Shown here: in pieces, positions 17,028-26,800 of the stretch
Layout of the letters: each line of letters starts with the position of its first letter
How positions within the stretch are numbered: position 1 is the first letter of the stretch
Sequence record: OP729297.1
Reading direction: 5' to 3' (one strand)
Length of the DNA: 64,000 nt
The notes under the pieces: generated by a model
What the model was told of the DNA's origin: nothing
What the model saw: the letters and a program-made list of their open reading frames with translations, nothing else
The model's database searches: none
Translations under genes and position numbers: made by a program

Positions 17028-18647
17028 ATGCGTACTGGTAATATTGAACTGATGCTCAGTGCTCAGATTAAGAACTTCCGTCCAGAGGTTCTTGCTACTG
17101 ACCCAGTTGTAGGCGATCTGGTGCAGGCACAAACTGCACGTATGTGGTACAACAGCACCGACGGGAAGTACAAATACTTCGACTGTACTGCAATCAAAGA
17201 GCTGGGCGGTGGCGGTTCTGTAGAAGGCGCTATCCTGGCTGACGGTACTGTACCGATGACTGCTGACCTGCTGCTGTCTGGCCCTGACCAGTCTGCTTCT
17301 GGTGACAACGCTGCTGTGTCTAAAAAGCACGTTGAAACAGTTGTTGCTACCAAGCAGGACAAGCTGACCGGCCTGACTGAAAACGGCGTAGTGGTTGCTG
17401 GTGCAGACAACGAACTGCAAACCTCAAACGTAACTGCTGCCGAGCTGGGCTATCTGTCTGGCGCAAGCTCCAACATTCAGTCTCAGATCACCGCTGTTAG
17501 CAACAAAGCTAACGCGAACGAAACTGCTCTGGCTGGTAAGCTGAATGCTGCTAACGGCCAACTGACTGGCGACCTCGACGCGAACGGTAACACCGTTTCT
17601 AACCTGGCTGCACCAGCTAACGCGAACGATGCTGCTCGTAAGATCGATATCGACAACGCTATCGCGGGCATCGACTGGCTGCAAGACTCCGATGCTATCC
17701 AGCAGGACGGTACCCTCGATCCAGAGCTGGTTACTGGTAAACAGTACCTGATTCTGGCCGCTGACCAGATCAACCCGAACTTCGGTTCTATCACTGGTCT
17801 TGTAGACAACATGATCGTTCGCTATAACGGCACTGCGTTCGTTATCGTGTTCGACCCTACTGGCAGCGAAGCTGGTGGCGCTGTTACCTGGATTAAGTCC
17901 ATCAAAGAGTATCGTCGTTTTGACGGCACTGTGTGGACTACGTTCGGCGGTGCTTCTGAGTTCAACGCCGGTGACGGTCTGAACAAATCTGGTAACGTTG
18001 TTAACGTCGTTGTTGGTGCTGGTATTCAGATCACCTCTAACGCTGTGACTGCGAAGCTGGACTCTGCTGGTGGCCTGGAAGATAACGCTGGTAGCACTCG
18101 CGTTAAACTGGACGGCGCTACTCTGGCACGTTCTGTCGATGGTCTGGCGATTGCTGACGGCGGTGTGGGCTATACTCAGATTGCTGCGGCTGCCCTGGGT
18201 GATGGCCTGAAACAGGACACCACTAACAGCAAAATCGCTGTTGACGTTGCTGCGGTTAAAACTGCTGGTGGCTTCATCGACGCAAACGGTGGTGACGTTG
18301 ACCACATCAACCTGACTGGTACTGGCGCTCTGACCGACGCTTCTGCTGTCAGCAAGAAATACGTTGACGATGCTATCGCAGGTTCTACTGGCGGCGCTGC
18401 TGCTAAACTGTATCAGTACGACAAAACTGCTGGCGGTGATGCTGCTGCAACTGCCCACACCTTCACGCACAACGCTGGTGTGAAGTACGGTACTGTCACC
18501 GTTGTTGACGACACTGGCTATCAGATCATCCCTGATGAAGTTGTGTTCATCGACGCAAACAGTCTGCGTGTTGAGCTGGCTACTGCGAAGAAAGTCGCAA
18601 TCGCATTCGTAACTGGTGCTAACGCCTACGTTGAACCAGAAGCGTAA
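17028..18647 (+). CDS. Abundant Gly/Ala/Thr-rich fibre-like virion protein
   Basis: AGGAG RBS 7 nt before ATG 17028; strongly biased codons (CTG/AAC/GCT); AGDGL and AANKKYVD-like fibre motifs; C-terminal HNAG module. Confidence 0.7.
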   Translation: MRTGNIELMLSAQIKNFRPEVLATDPVVGDLVQAQTARMWYNSTDGKYKYFDCTAIKELGGGGSVEGAILADGTVPMTADLLLSGPDQSASGDNAAVSKKHVETVVATKQDKLTGLTENGVVVAGADNELQTSNVTAAELGYLSGASSNIQSQITAVSNKANANETALAGKLNAANGQLTGDLDANGNTVSNLAAPANANDAARKIDIDNAIAGIDWLQDSDAIQQDGTLDPELVTGKQYLILAADQINPNFGSITGLVDNMIVRYNGTAFVIVFDPTGSEAGGAVTWIKSIKEYRRFDGTVWTTFGGASEFNAGDGLNKSGNVVNVVVGAGIQITSNAVTAKLDSAGGLEDNAGSTRVKLDGATLARSVDGLAIADGGVGYTQIAAAALGDGLKQDTTNSKIAVDVAAVKTAGGFIDANGGDVDHINLTGTGALTDASAVSKKYVDDAIAGSTGGAAAKLYQYDKTAGGDAAATAHTFTHNAGVKYGTVTVVDDTGYQIIPDEVVFIDANSLRVELATAKKVAIAFVTGANAYVEPEA

Positions 18648-18657
18648 GTAGCATAAT

Positions 18658-18686
18658 AAAAGGGTGGGCATCTGCCTGCCCTTTTT
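18658..18686 (+). terminator. Rho-independent terminator
   Basis: AAAAGGGTGGGCA-TC-TGCCTGCCCTTTTT. Confidence 0.8.
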
Positions 18687-18704
18687 ACCTTCAGGAGAAG
18701 ATTT

Positions 18705-19301
18705 ATGAAAGTCCTCGGTAGTTTAGACTTAGAGTTTGGTTCGATTAAGAACTTCAAGTTTGCAGAAGTTACTGATTGGCCAGATAACCCTCAGCCGGGC
18801 ATGGCAATCTTCATGGATAAGCGACTGATGTTCTGTGTTGAGATTTTGGACCTGCCTATCTGGGTTCCACTAACTCAGCAAATGACGATGTACCGTCATG
18901 CTCAGGCGTCTGCTTCATCTCGCTGGGAAATCGCCCACAACATGAACACGGCAACGCCTATCGTGCAGTGCTACGATGAAAACGGCGAAGTGCTGATGCC
19001 ATCTTCAATCAAAGCGCAGGATGCTAACACCACAATCGTGCTGTTCCCTGAGCCTGTTGCTGGTACTGCTGTTCTGCTGTCTGGTATTGAAAGCGGTCTG
19101 CCTGCACCTACGGTTGCATTCACTGCATCATTCACTGATGAAGCTGTATGGGTTGTTACCCACAACCTGGGCTACCATCCTGCTGTTCAGATCCATCAAG
19201 GGTCGAAAGAAGTTCAGCCTAAATCTATCGTCCATGATAGCAATACCCAGCTCACCATCACGTTTGACAGTGCGCAGTCTGGTACTGTTATTCTGTATTA
19301 A
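18705..19301 (+). CDS. Virion protein with two W.I.HN(L/M) modules
   Basis: RWEIAHNMN...PEPVAGTAVL and VWVVTHNLG...SAQSGTVIL. Confidence 0.6.
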   Translation: MKVLGSLDLEFGSIKNFKFAEVTDWPDNPQPGMAIFMDKRLMFCVEILDLPIWVPLTQQMTMYRHAQASASSRWEIAHNMNTATPIVQCYDENGEVLMPSSIKAQDANTTIVLFPEPVAGTAVLLSGIESGLPAPTVAFTASFTDEAVWVVTHNLGYHPAVQIHQGSKEVQPKSIVHDSNTQLTITFDSAQSGTVILY

Positions 19302-19312
19302 GGGAGATTCGC

Positions 19313-19534
19313 ATGATCAACTATTCGATGGGGCGCACCTTTGAACAGGAGACGCCCGCGACCGAATGGACGATCGCACATAACTTCGGCCGCTACGTCG
19401 CAGTGACAACTTGCGTGAATATGCCTGATGGTAAGCTCCATCAAGTGCTACCACTCGATGTTATCGTTGTGGATATGAATACGGTCAAAGTAACATTCCC
19501 GTATGCAGTTACGGGGCATGTGCGGATCGCCTAA
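19313..19534 (+). CDS. Stand-alone W.I.HN module protein
   Basis: EQETPATEWTIAHNFGRY...VTFPYAVTGHVRI; GGGAG RBS. Confidence 0.6.
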   Translation: MINYSMGRTFEQETPATEWTIAHNFGRYVAVTTCVNMPDGKLHQVLPLDVIVVDMNTVKVTFPYAVTGHVRIA

Positions 19535-19545
19535 GGAGATAAACA

Positions 19546-20127
19546 ATGTATACTTTTGGTTTGCAACTCGCAGGCGAACAAGCTCAGATTACACGCGCAC
19601 CAGGTGACCCTAATTCGTCTGGACCTACCTTTCCTTCAAACCCAACAAACGGTCGTGTATGGAACCTGACTGCTGTTGTTGGCGCTAACCAGCCTGGCCT
19701 GTACGTCTACTCGACTGTCCGCGCTAAGTGGGTTAACCAGTTGCAGTCTGTAAATCCATATGACGTAGGCCTGAGCATTCTCAAGCGCTACGCTGGTGGC
19801 CAAGAGATTGCGCGTTACCTGTCAGTGCGTACCACCGCAATCATCAAAAACTTCGCTGGCTCTATGGCGAATGCTGATGTTGCTGCTACCGCCCAAGCGG
19901 TGTTCAAAGTAAGCGCATACGACACAGTTACTCAGGCTGTTATTCAGCTTGGTACTATCACGTTCGGTGCTGGTTCTAAGACTGGCGTATTCGCACCGTT
20001 ATCTGCATATCTCGACACTGAGATCATTCTGGTTGCTGGTGACCAGCTTCGCGTTGTCGCACCAGACACTGCTGATACGACACTGAACGGCGTGGCAATC
20101 ACCATCGCAGGCCGTCTGCTAGTGTAA
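19546..20127 (+). CDS. Virion structural protein (fibre knob motif plus beta-sandwich)
   Basis: FPSNPTNGRVW...LYVY...W motif; C-terminal LVAGDQLRVVAP. Confidence 0.55.
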   Translation: MYTFGLQLAGEQAQITRAPGDPNSSGPTFPSNPTNGRVWNLTAVVGANQPGLYVYSTVRAKWVNQLQSVNPYDVGLSILKRYAGGQEIARYLSVRTTAIIKNFAGSMANADVAATAQAVFKVSAYDTVTQAVIQLGTITFGAGSKTGVFAPLSAYLDTEIILVAGDQLRVVAPDTADTTLNGVAITIAGRLLV

Positions 20128-20133
20128 CAACAT

Positions 20134-20166
20134 ATGGCCTGTATCGTAATGGTACGGGCCATTTTA
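20134..20166 (+). terminator. Probable terminator hairpin
   Basis: ATGGCCTGTATC-GTAAT-GGTACGGGCCAT followed by TTT. Confidence 0.55.
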
Positions 20167-20188
20167 CCTTCTATCGGAGATTTTCACC

Positions 20189-20824
20189 ATGACTTACGTC
20201 CAAGCATTGACGTATGACTTCGATGTTGGCGACAAGACGCGTGTGCTCTTGAGAGCTACAGACGGATTCAACGATCTCGCCGTTCCAGGAAGAAAGCTAA
20301 CACTGTGGACAAGCCCTGTCGTAAGCACGGCACAATCCAAGTTTGGTGGCAAATCCTTTCTGATGAACAACGGTTATGTGGACTTCGGCACCACAGACTT
20401 GCCATTCGAGATCGGTGACTTCACTATTGAGGGCTGGGTGTATACGATTAGTATCACAGGCAATCAGTGGTGGTTGAGTAAGGGTGATGGTGTGTCGAGT
20501 TGCTTTAAGACATATCAAGGCAACGTGTATCTACAGACTCGCACACAATACGCTATGGCTTCTGCTGCTGCGATCATTCCTGTTGGTCGTTGGTATCACC
20601 TAGCGTTAACGCGCAAGGGCAACGTATATACTATCTGGATTGATGGTGTTGCTAAAATGACTACTACTGACACCGCTCCTGGATTCGGCATGTCCGCCGT
20701 ACCTCTGCGCATTGGTGGGTACGAAGGGTCCTCGAATAGTTATTGGGATCAGATTCGTGTGAGTAACTTCTCTCGTTACGACACCACATTCGTACCTCCT
20801 GCTAGCGCATTCGAATTAGATTAA
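20189..20824 (+). CDS. LamG / concanavalin A-like lectin domain protein
   Basis: SKFGG.S...DFTIEGWVY...WYHLALTR.G....WIDG...LRIG...DQIRVS..RY...F.PP. Confidence 0.85.
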   Translation: MTYVQALTYDFDVGDKTRVLLRATDGFNDLAVPGRKLTLWTSPVVSTAQSKFGGKSFLMNNGYVDFGTTDLPFEIGDFTIEGWVYTISITGNQWWLSKGDGVSSCFKTYQGNVYLQTRTQYAMASAAAIIPVGRWYHLALTRKGNVYTIWIDGVAKMTTTDTAPGFGMSAVPLRIGGYEGSSNSYWDQIRVSNFSRYDTTFVPPASAFELD

Positions 20825-20833
20825 GGAGTTTTT

Positions 20834-21877
20834 ATGTTGTATGCCACGTACCATAACAATAAGGCGAATGCGATTGCCAAGCTGGCTGTACATCGAGGTC
20901 TTTACTTTGATGATCAGACAGACATATCAGACGCACACGTTGACGAGGAGCATTACATATCTAAGATTGCTTCTGTCCGTGCTTGGGGAAATAGCTCTGA
21001 TACACAAGGCGACCAAGTTACCTTAAGCCCTATGAGCGGTGTTAAGGACAACTACTTCTACCCTGCGCGTAGTGCTAACCTAATCTCAGGCAACTCTGCT
21101 CCTCACAATAGCTACACGGCAATTCAGACCTATAAGGCTATGGCCGAACGTTATTTCTGTGTGTACGATACAGCCGCAGGAAATGGTCAGCAGTGGGCTA
21201 ACGGCAATCCTGTGTTCAATGGCTGGAACGGCGTCAGTAGAGATACGGGCGAGACTGGTTACTATTGGCCTTCATCCTGTATGCTCGTCTTCCCTGAGAA
21301 CATGCGTGAATCATCCATAATTGAATCATACAGTTCTAAGGCCGGCAGTCAGTATTCTAGGTACGTTGATGGTTTCTGGGGAACGTATAGTGGTTATGAT
21401 GCAGGATTTATGAATGCTTCTCTTAATCTGAATACGCGGGCAGAATCAGGAGCGCAGTCTTACTCCTACATTCAGACTACCTCTTCGCCGATGCAAGGCA
21501 TCCCTTCTGTCCTTAGTGGTCCTGCTTCTAATCCTCATATCACATTCATTAGGCCTGTTGGTAAACGCTACAGCTATAGTGGACTTAATCAGTTTACTGC
21601 TTGGGATGCACCTACTGTTTCGAATGGCGTCGGCGGTTATGTCCGTGATAGTGCGGCTTTTCCTATGCGCACTGCGGTCACTGGAAAAGACAATACGCCT
21701 GACGTGCTTCTGACCTCATGCATGATGATGTTTAAATGCAATGGTCAAGGGTATATGCTTCGTGCCAAAATTGGCCAGGACATTATACAGACCGCACCCG
21801 CGGCCACTGGCGATGTTGCTGTATTGAACATCGAATTTGAGAACCCATTTGGGACCAAAACACTGTTCAAAGTGTAA
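20834..21877 (+). CDS. Fibre-array paralog, long type (divergent)
   Basis: N-terminal GLYFD and C-terminal KIGQDII echo the array base domain; Ser/Gly/Tyr/Asn-rich insert. Confidence 0.45.
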   Translation: MLYATYHNNKANAIAKLAVHRGLYFDDQTDISDAHVDEEHYISKIASVRAWGNSSDTQGDQVTLSPMSGVKDNYFYPARSANLISGNSAPHNSYTAIQTYKAMAERYFCVYDTAAGNGQQWANGNPVFNGWNGVSRDTGETGYYWPSSCMLVFPENMRESSIIESYSSKAGSQYSRYVDGFWGTYSGYDAGFMNASLNLNTRAESGAQSYSYIQTTSSPMQGIPSVLSGPASNPHITFIRPVGKRYSYSGLNQFTAWDAPTVSNGVGGYVRDSAAFPMRTAVTGKDNTPDVLLTSCMMMFKCNGQGYMLRAKIGQDIIQTAPAATGDVAVLNIEFENPFGTKTLFKV

Positions 21878-21886
21878 GGACACAAT

Positions 21887-22837
21887 ATGTTGCTTGTTCT
21901 TCCGAAGCAGGATGATGTTCGTAAATACGGATTCTTCTTCGATTCGAACCAGCAGATACAATTCAAAAGCATATCCGAGCTACGTGATTTAATTCGTAAT
22001 AGCAGAAGCTCCGTTGCAAGTATCTCTGGAAACACGATAACCTGTCAACCAATGATGGGTGTCGCTGCGTACAACACACAAGCACGACTCTATTACTCGA
22101 AGTTAACCATGGTTGCCGAACCGCCGGACTTCACATCGGATGATGGCGTCATTCGAACGTTATTGGTTACAGGTCTTAAGGACGGCTACGGACGTAAGTC
22201 TAGCCAGATGGACTTTATTGATAACTACAACTCGAACACACCATTCACAGGGAATACAACAAACTTTGCATATACGCCTTTCGCATTAGTACCGAGTGCT
22301 ATTCAAGGGACAACGCTACCTACAACATTCCTGGCTTCATTCCCTGATACGCAAGTCACTGTATCGTCTGCTAGTAGACAGACGGGTGATGCTTACAATC
22401 ACAGACGTAGACTGTTTACGTCAACGAGTGCAACTACAGTCACTAAGTCTGTTCACTCGTGGTCGTATAATTTCACAGGCACAAACTACTCCTCATGGGC
22501 ATCTGACCAAACAGACTTGATGGCGTTCAGTATGGGCGCATATCTGGAATCCATTTCAAATGGAGGCTGGTGGCGAGCAACAACTCCAGTACGCCGCAAT
22601 ACCTACGATGCAGGCAAGTATGTTTGCTGCTCAAACCCATACGGAAACAGCGGCTATGCAGAGTCACCGCAGACCATAGATAAGTTCGCGCTGTTTATTT
22701 GGGAAGGTACGCGCGTTCGCACAGTGCTTTATACCGAAGAAGATTTTGGCGTTAAGACATTGGGTGTAGGCAACACAACTTCATTCAATATCCAACCTCA
22801 GCCTGACATATACTCTACAGATCCCATACGTCTGTGA
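21887..22837 (+). CDS. Fibre-array paralog, long type (divergent)
   Basis: YGFFFDS...LRDLIRNSRSSV aligns with AAFFRNG...TDLVASSRAAV of 30646. Confidence 0.5.
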   Translation: MLLVLPKQDDVRKYGFFFDSNQQIQFKSISELRDLIRNSRSSVASISGNTITCQPMMGVAAYNTQARLYYSKLTMVAEPPDFTSDDGVIRTLLVTGLKDGYGRKSSQMDFIDNYNSNTPFTGNTTNFAYTPFALVPSAIQGTTLPTTFLASFPDTQVTVSSASRQTGDAYNHRRRLFTSTSATTVTKSVHSWSYNFTGTNYSSWASDQTDLMAFSMGAYLESISNGGWWRATTPVRRNTYDAGKYVCCSNPYGNSGYAESPQTIDKFALFIWEGTRVRTVLYTEEDFGVKTLGVGNTTSFNIQPQPDIYSTDPIRL

Positions 22838-22862
22838 TGGCCTAGCGTATTCGACTTGTCAG

Positions 22863-22880
22863 TAATTTTATAGCGAGTTA
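22863..22880 (+). promoter_or_regulatory. Candidate late-promoter motif
   Basis: TAATTTTATAGCGAGTTA just upstream of the GGAG RBS of 22895. Confidence 0.45.
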
Positions 22881-22894
22881 ACTGGAGACATACA

Positions 22895-23392
22895 ATGGAA
22901 ATAGTTTCATTCCCTTTGGTCGCCAACGGCATTGTGATTCCAGATGCAGGCAAACGTCCTGTAACTGATCCGCCGTTGAAGTACGGCCTTTCAAACATGC
23001 AGAAGACAATCTGCCTCGCTAAGGTACCTGACCCTGCGAACATTGTTGTTGCCGACGGCACTACAGTGCAGACAGCTATCGGGGCTACTGCGGTGCTTGA
23101 CCTGACTTCTGTTACCGTTAACCCTGTGCGCTGGATTCACGGCTCCGATAACAAATACAAGTTCCGTCTGAGCGCTACGCTGCAAGGCACATTCGCGGGC
23201 ACTATCTCTGATTTGTTGAACGCGTACAACGTGATTGTCTTCAACAAAGATATTGCAAGCACGCCTTATGGTGGCTTCTTGATTCTGACTATCGGCGCTG
23301 CTGGCTCTGGTGCTGACCTGATTCTGTCTGCATCTAACCTGCGTAACGGTAAGTTCCTTGCTACCGTCGTCAAAGATTCTAAGGAGTTCTAA
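22895..23392 (+). CDS. Fibre-array paralog, short type
   Basis: C-terminal TIGAAGSGADLIL motif shared with 28461, 30103 and 31548. Confidence 0.6.
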   Translation: MEIVSFPLVANGIVIPDAGKRPVTDPPLKYGLSNMQKTICLAKVPDPANIVVADGTTVQTAIGATAVLDLTSVTVNPVRWIHGSDNKYKFRLSATLQGTFAGTISDLLNAYNVIVFNKDIASTPYGGFLILTIGAAGSGADLILSASNLRNGKFLATVVKDSKEF

Positions 23393-24348
23393 TGCGCATC
23401 TTAGGACACAACCTTCTGCCTTTCAGTGTGCTCAACTTAGGTTCTGGTTGGGCGTCGAACGCGGCTAACGGCATTCCTGTTAACGTATTCTTCTTCGACA
23501 CTGAGATGGCCGATCAAGGTAACTTCTCACAGCATCTGTTGGACATGCGTAACCTGTTCGACAACGCTGTTGCTGCAACACGACTCACACTGCGTCCAAC
23601 TACAGAAGGCCTGTTGCCTCTTATGGACCAACAGGAAGGATGGAAAGCTCGTTCTGGTCATGTGTATGAGATCAAGAACGGCGCTACCGTACACTACCCG
23701 TCTAAGGCTCGTCCTATCGGTTATAACGGTGCGGCTTCTGTTCAGATTCAAACTGCGTACACCACAAGCAACGATGCAGGTAACAAAGCTCTGTGGGGAG
23801 CTGGTCCTGCTGGCTATCGTGCATGGGACTATGCGGGCGTTCCTCACGACGCACTCATGCCTGGCATTCATCTGTCAACAACTGACCTGACGTTTGACTT
23901 CGCTGTTACGATTGATGCGGTGCTGTCTGACGTTGGTGATATGAGCACTGCCGCAGCAGGTACCATTGCTCCTATTGATGGTTCTGGCGTTGTTGGTACT
24001 GCTGTCGCTTGGTCGATTGCAGCAAACCAAGAGGGCAACGTGATTGCTACCGCTGTGCCTCAGTCCAACCGCTACCGCTTCATTCAGACGTCTGGTACTC
24101 GTCGTGTGCTGCCTGTAACTGCATCAGATGTAGGCCGCAACGCAGCATACAGAACGATTAAGACAGCGCTGGTTGTTATTCAAGACACCAACTACGGTGC
24201 TCTAGCGAATGGCAGCTACATCCCTACTTACTTCGCATGTGAAGTAGGCGCCATTGGTAGCGGCAAACCTATCGAGTTACTTTCTACAGCACTCGGTCCT
24301 GGTGAGTTTGCTTCTGTCGCCCAGCTTCGTCTGTCTACCGAGGTATAA
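23392..24348 (+). CDS. Fibre-array paralog, long type with discoidin-like insert
   Basis: VFFFDT; LTFDFAVTID...SNRYRFIQ insert; EVGAIGSGKPIEL. Confidence 0.55.
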   Translation: MRILGHNLLPFSVLNLGSGWASNAANGIPVNVFFFDTEMADQGNFSQHLLDMRNLFDNAVAATRLTLRPTTEGLLPLMDQQEGWKARSGHVYEIKNGATVHYPSKARPIGYNGAASVQIQTAYTTSNDAGNKALWGAGPAGYRAWDYAGVPHDALMPGIHLSTTDLTFDFAVTIDAVLSDVGDMSTAAAGTIAPIDGSGVVGTAVAWSIAANQEGNVIATAVPQSNRYRFIQTSGTRRVLPVTASDVGRNAAYRTIKTALVVIQDTNYGALANGSYIPTYFACEVGAIGSGKPIELLSTALGPGEFASVAQLRLSTEV

Positions 24349-24349
24349 C

Positions 24350-25438
24350 ATGAACTATAAGTTGTTTGCTAACTCTGCTGTGCCTCAGTTGACACGTTTG
24401 TTTGCTCAAGCGACGGCGGATGATAAGTCCTGCTATCTGGTAAAGCTGAATGCGGGTTACACCGAAGCAGATATCAACAAGTGCCTTAACTACCAGACAC
24501 AAACTGGCGCAGGATATGTGTTCGATGCAGCACTTGCAGCGTCCAGCGGTATCTGTACTGTGTTGGCCAAAGGCACTAACTGCGTTCGTACTATTGATCG
24601 CAACAAGCTGTCTATCTCTGACTGCTTGCTTACGGCTTTAGCGGAAGGTGTGCCTACCCATCTCATTCTCGGTGGCATTCTCCCTATCTGCCTGACTGTG
24701 GGCACGGATGTGACGTTGCTCTATCCTGACCTGAACATCAAGTATGACCCTAATGGCTATAAGACGCAGATCACTATCCTTGCGTTCTCTATCAGCCTGA
24801 CGCAGATGTGGTCAGAGACTACTGGCGCTACGTGGCTGACAGGTTCTGAGTCTACAGCATTCGACCTTGGTTGCTTCAACACTGGAGCATTCACTGACTA
24901 CGTAGGTATTGCGTACACATCGACAGGAACCAAAGTTGCCACAGACGGTCAAGGTATCGATCTCGGCACTGCCGGTGTAATCTCAACACCATCTGTTCCT
25001 GGTTTCGATCCGAGTAAGTCATTCACGATTGAGTGTGACTACCACCAATCAGGTAACGCTGATTATGCAGAATGGTCGATTTTAAAGATCGGTACGGGCA
25101 CCTCAGACCGCTTTGCAATCGCGTTCGACCGCTCAAACGAGCGTGGTCTGTGTATATGGAACAACACTAACGGCGGTTCTGCTACGGCCAAAGTGTCGCG
25201 TTCTATCTCTGCCTACTCGGCTCTGTGGTCAGGCAGTATTGTCCATATCAAGTATGTGTACGATGCTACGACCAACCAACATACTGTGTATATCAACGGT
25301 ACTCAGGTTGATCAGTTCACCTACGCAGTCACCAAGCCAGCCTCAGCAACAATACAGCAGGTAACTGGCGGCTATGGTGGAGGCAATGCAACGTATACAC
25401 CTATCGTCAATAACTACAGCGTGAGACAAGGAGCATAA
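24350..25438 (+). CDS. Fibre-array paralog with C-terminal LamG/ConA-like domain
   Basis: ATG 24350 after a GAGGT RBS; LTVGTDV base motif; FTIECD...HIKYVYD...VYINGTQV. Confidence 0.6.
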   Translation: MNYKLFANSAVPQLTRLFAQATADDKSCYLVKLNAGYTEADINKCLNYQTQTGAGYVFDAALAASSGICTVLAKGTNCVRTIDRNKLSISDCLLTALAEGVPTHLILGGILPICLTVGTDVTLLYPDLNIKYDPNGYKTQITILAFSISLTQMWSETTGATWLTGSESTAFDLGCFNTGAFTDYVGIAYTSTGTKVATDGQGIDLGTAGVISTPSVPGFDPSKSFTIECDYHQSGNADYAEWSILKIGTGTSDRFAIAFDRSNERGLCIWNNTNGGSATAKVSRSISAYSALWSGSIVHIKYVYDATTNQHTVYINGTQVDQFTYAVTKPASATIQQVTGGYGGGNATYTPIVNNYSVRQGA

Positions 25439-25439
25439 C

Positions 25440-25895
25440 ATGTTTGTACCTGTCATTGCGTATGATCCTGATCTCTTTGCTGACTTCGTGTTCGTTATGT
25501 CGCAGCTTGAAATCAGCACGGCATCACAGCCGTCTAAGCCTACGACGAACGAGAAAGCCACATACATTCCTCATGAACGTGTGGCTGATGTTCTGTCTCA
25601 AACGATTCCTGTGTATCGTTGGTCACAGATTCTCAATCAGCAGATAACGAGCGCAGACACGCTTGTGTTTGTTGCAGCACTTGTCACTCAGGTGCAGTCG
25701 AAATTCACGGCCCGCACGTTTAACTCCAGTGTCACGCCAGGCCGTATCGACGTACCTCTGGCTACTGGTGCTTTCGTGACTGACCAGACCATTGAACCGC
25801 TGTTTGATAACATCGTGTTCCGTGTGTCGGTTCCTGCGCTTGACCTGTCTGATACGAAAGCGAATAACAAATCTGTTGCACCGGTGGTGAGCTAA
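25440..25895 (+). CDS. Probable fibre-array protein, short type (divergent)
   Basis: AAGGAG RBS; size and position fit the array, but sequence similarity is weak. Confidence 0.4.
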   Translation: MFVPVIAYDPDLFADFVFVMSQLEISTASQPSKPTTNEKATYIPHERVADVLSQTIPVYRWSQILNQQITSADTLVFVAALVTQVQSKFTARTFNSSVTPGRIDVPLATGAFVTDQTIEPLFDNIVFRVSVPALDLSDTKANNKSVAPVVS

Positions 25896-26800
25896 TGAAG
25901 ATCATTAACACACGTATCATGGCGCAAGCAGTTGTAGGCACGAACGCAAACACGGCAGCACTACTCAACGACCCAAACGTAGGTGCTGGCTGGAACATCT
26001 TTGCGTTTAGTGGCAAACTGCCTACGTCTAAAGAAGGCTTCGAAGCGGCCTTCAACAATAAGTCACTTGCTGATATGTATAACCAAGCTATCGGCATTGT
26101 GCGAAACCCTATTACTGGTATTGAAAACGGCAACGTGATTGCACTTGCCCTTCAATCTCAGTACATCCCTAAAGGGGTATCGTACTATGGGACCATTGGC
26201 ACTCCTGCTATTGTGGTATCTCAACTTGTGCCTCATCGTATCACTCGTTCAGGCGTTACTGATCGTAACATCACGTTAGTTATGGGAGCTGGTGGCGTTG
26301 CAGAACCTGCTGTTCGTTTCGGTGGTGTCGATATTGACATTGAGTTCGATACGGCTGTCACAGTGACACATATCAAATTTAATAGTGCCGTGACTGATGG
26401 CTTCCAGTTGGTTGCGCTATCTGACGATGGAACCACTGAGTCAACTCTTGGTGGAGCTTCCACAGTTACAGGTGACGCCACCGCCATGTCTCTGTCCGAG
26501 CCTAAGGCGTCGAAGCGCTATCGCTTTAAGTCAACGAGCCTGACCGCAGCAAGCGCTATGCGTGTGCTACTCAGCTCTGTTGATGTGCCGTCTTCTGTTG
26601 CTGTAACTTCTCCTACGTGGGCGGCGCTCGCACACTGTAATACGTTCACGCACGGCGATACCGATTACTCGGACAGCATCATGTACACTGCCGGCGCTGT
26701 GGGGAATCAGGGTCCGTTCAAGCTGGTGGATCAGGTTATCCCAAGTCAGAAGACGTTGATGTACTGTCCTAAACTGCGATTCACGCAAAGGAGTAGCTGA
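25895..26800 (+). CDS. Fibre-array paralog, long type with discoidin-like insert
   Basis: IFAFSGKLPT; IDIEFDTAVTVTHI...SKRYRFK; AGAVGNQGPFKL. Confidence 0.6.
   Translation: MKIINTRIMAQAVVGTNANTAALLNDPNVGAGWNIFAFSGKLPTSKEGFEAAFNNKSLADMYNQAIGIVRNPITGIENGNVIALALQSQYIPKGVSYYGTIGTPAIVVSQLVPHRITRSGVTDRNITLVMGAGGVAEPAVRFGGVDIDIEFDTAVTVTHIKFNSAVTDGFQLVALSDDGTTESTLGGASTVTGDATAMSLSEPKASKRYRFKSTSLTAASAMRVLLSSVDVPSSVAVTSPTWAALAHCNTFTHGDTDYSDSIMYTAGAVGNQGPFKLVDQVIPSQKTLMYCPKLRFTQRSS

Noticed and set aside
17424-18671. 415-aa antisense ORF opposite the 17028 fibre gene
   Set aside because: Shadow of strong codon bias on the sense gene; no RBS and no recognisable motifs.
19748-19754. CTGTAAA copies inside genes (19748 on +, 62868 on -)
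   Set aside because: Not near a start codon and consistent with chance background; not called as regulatory.
24254-24349. Track start of the 394-aa ORF
   Set aside because: It overlaps the previous gene; ATG 24350 directly after the stop has an RBS and matches the paralog N-termini.
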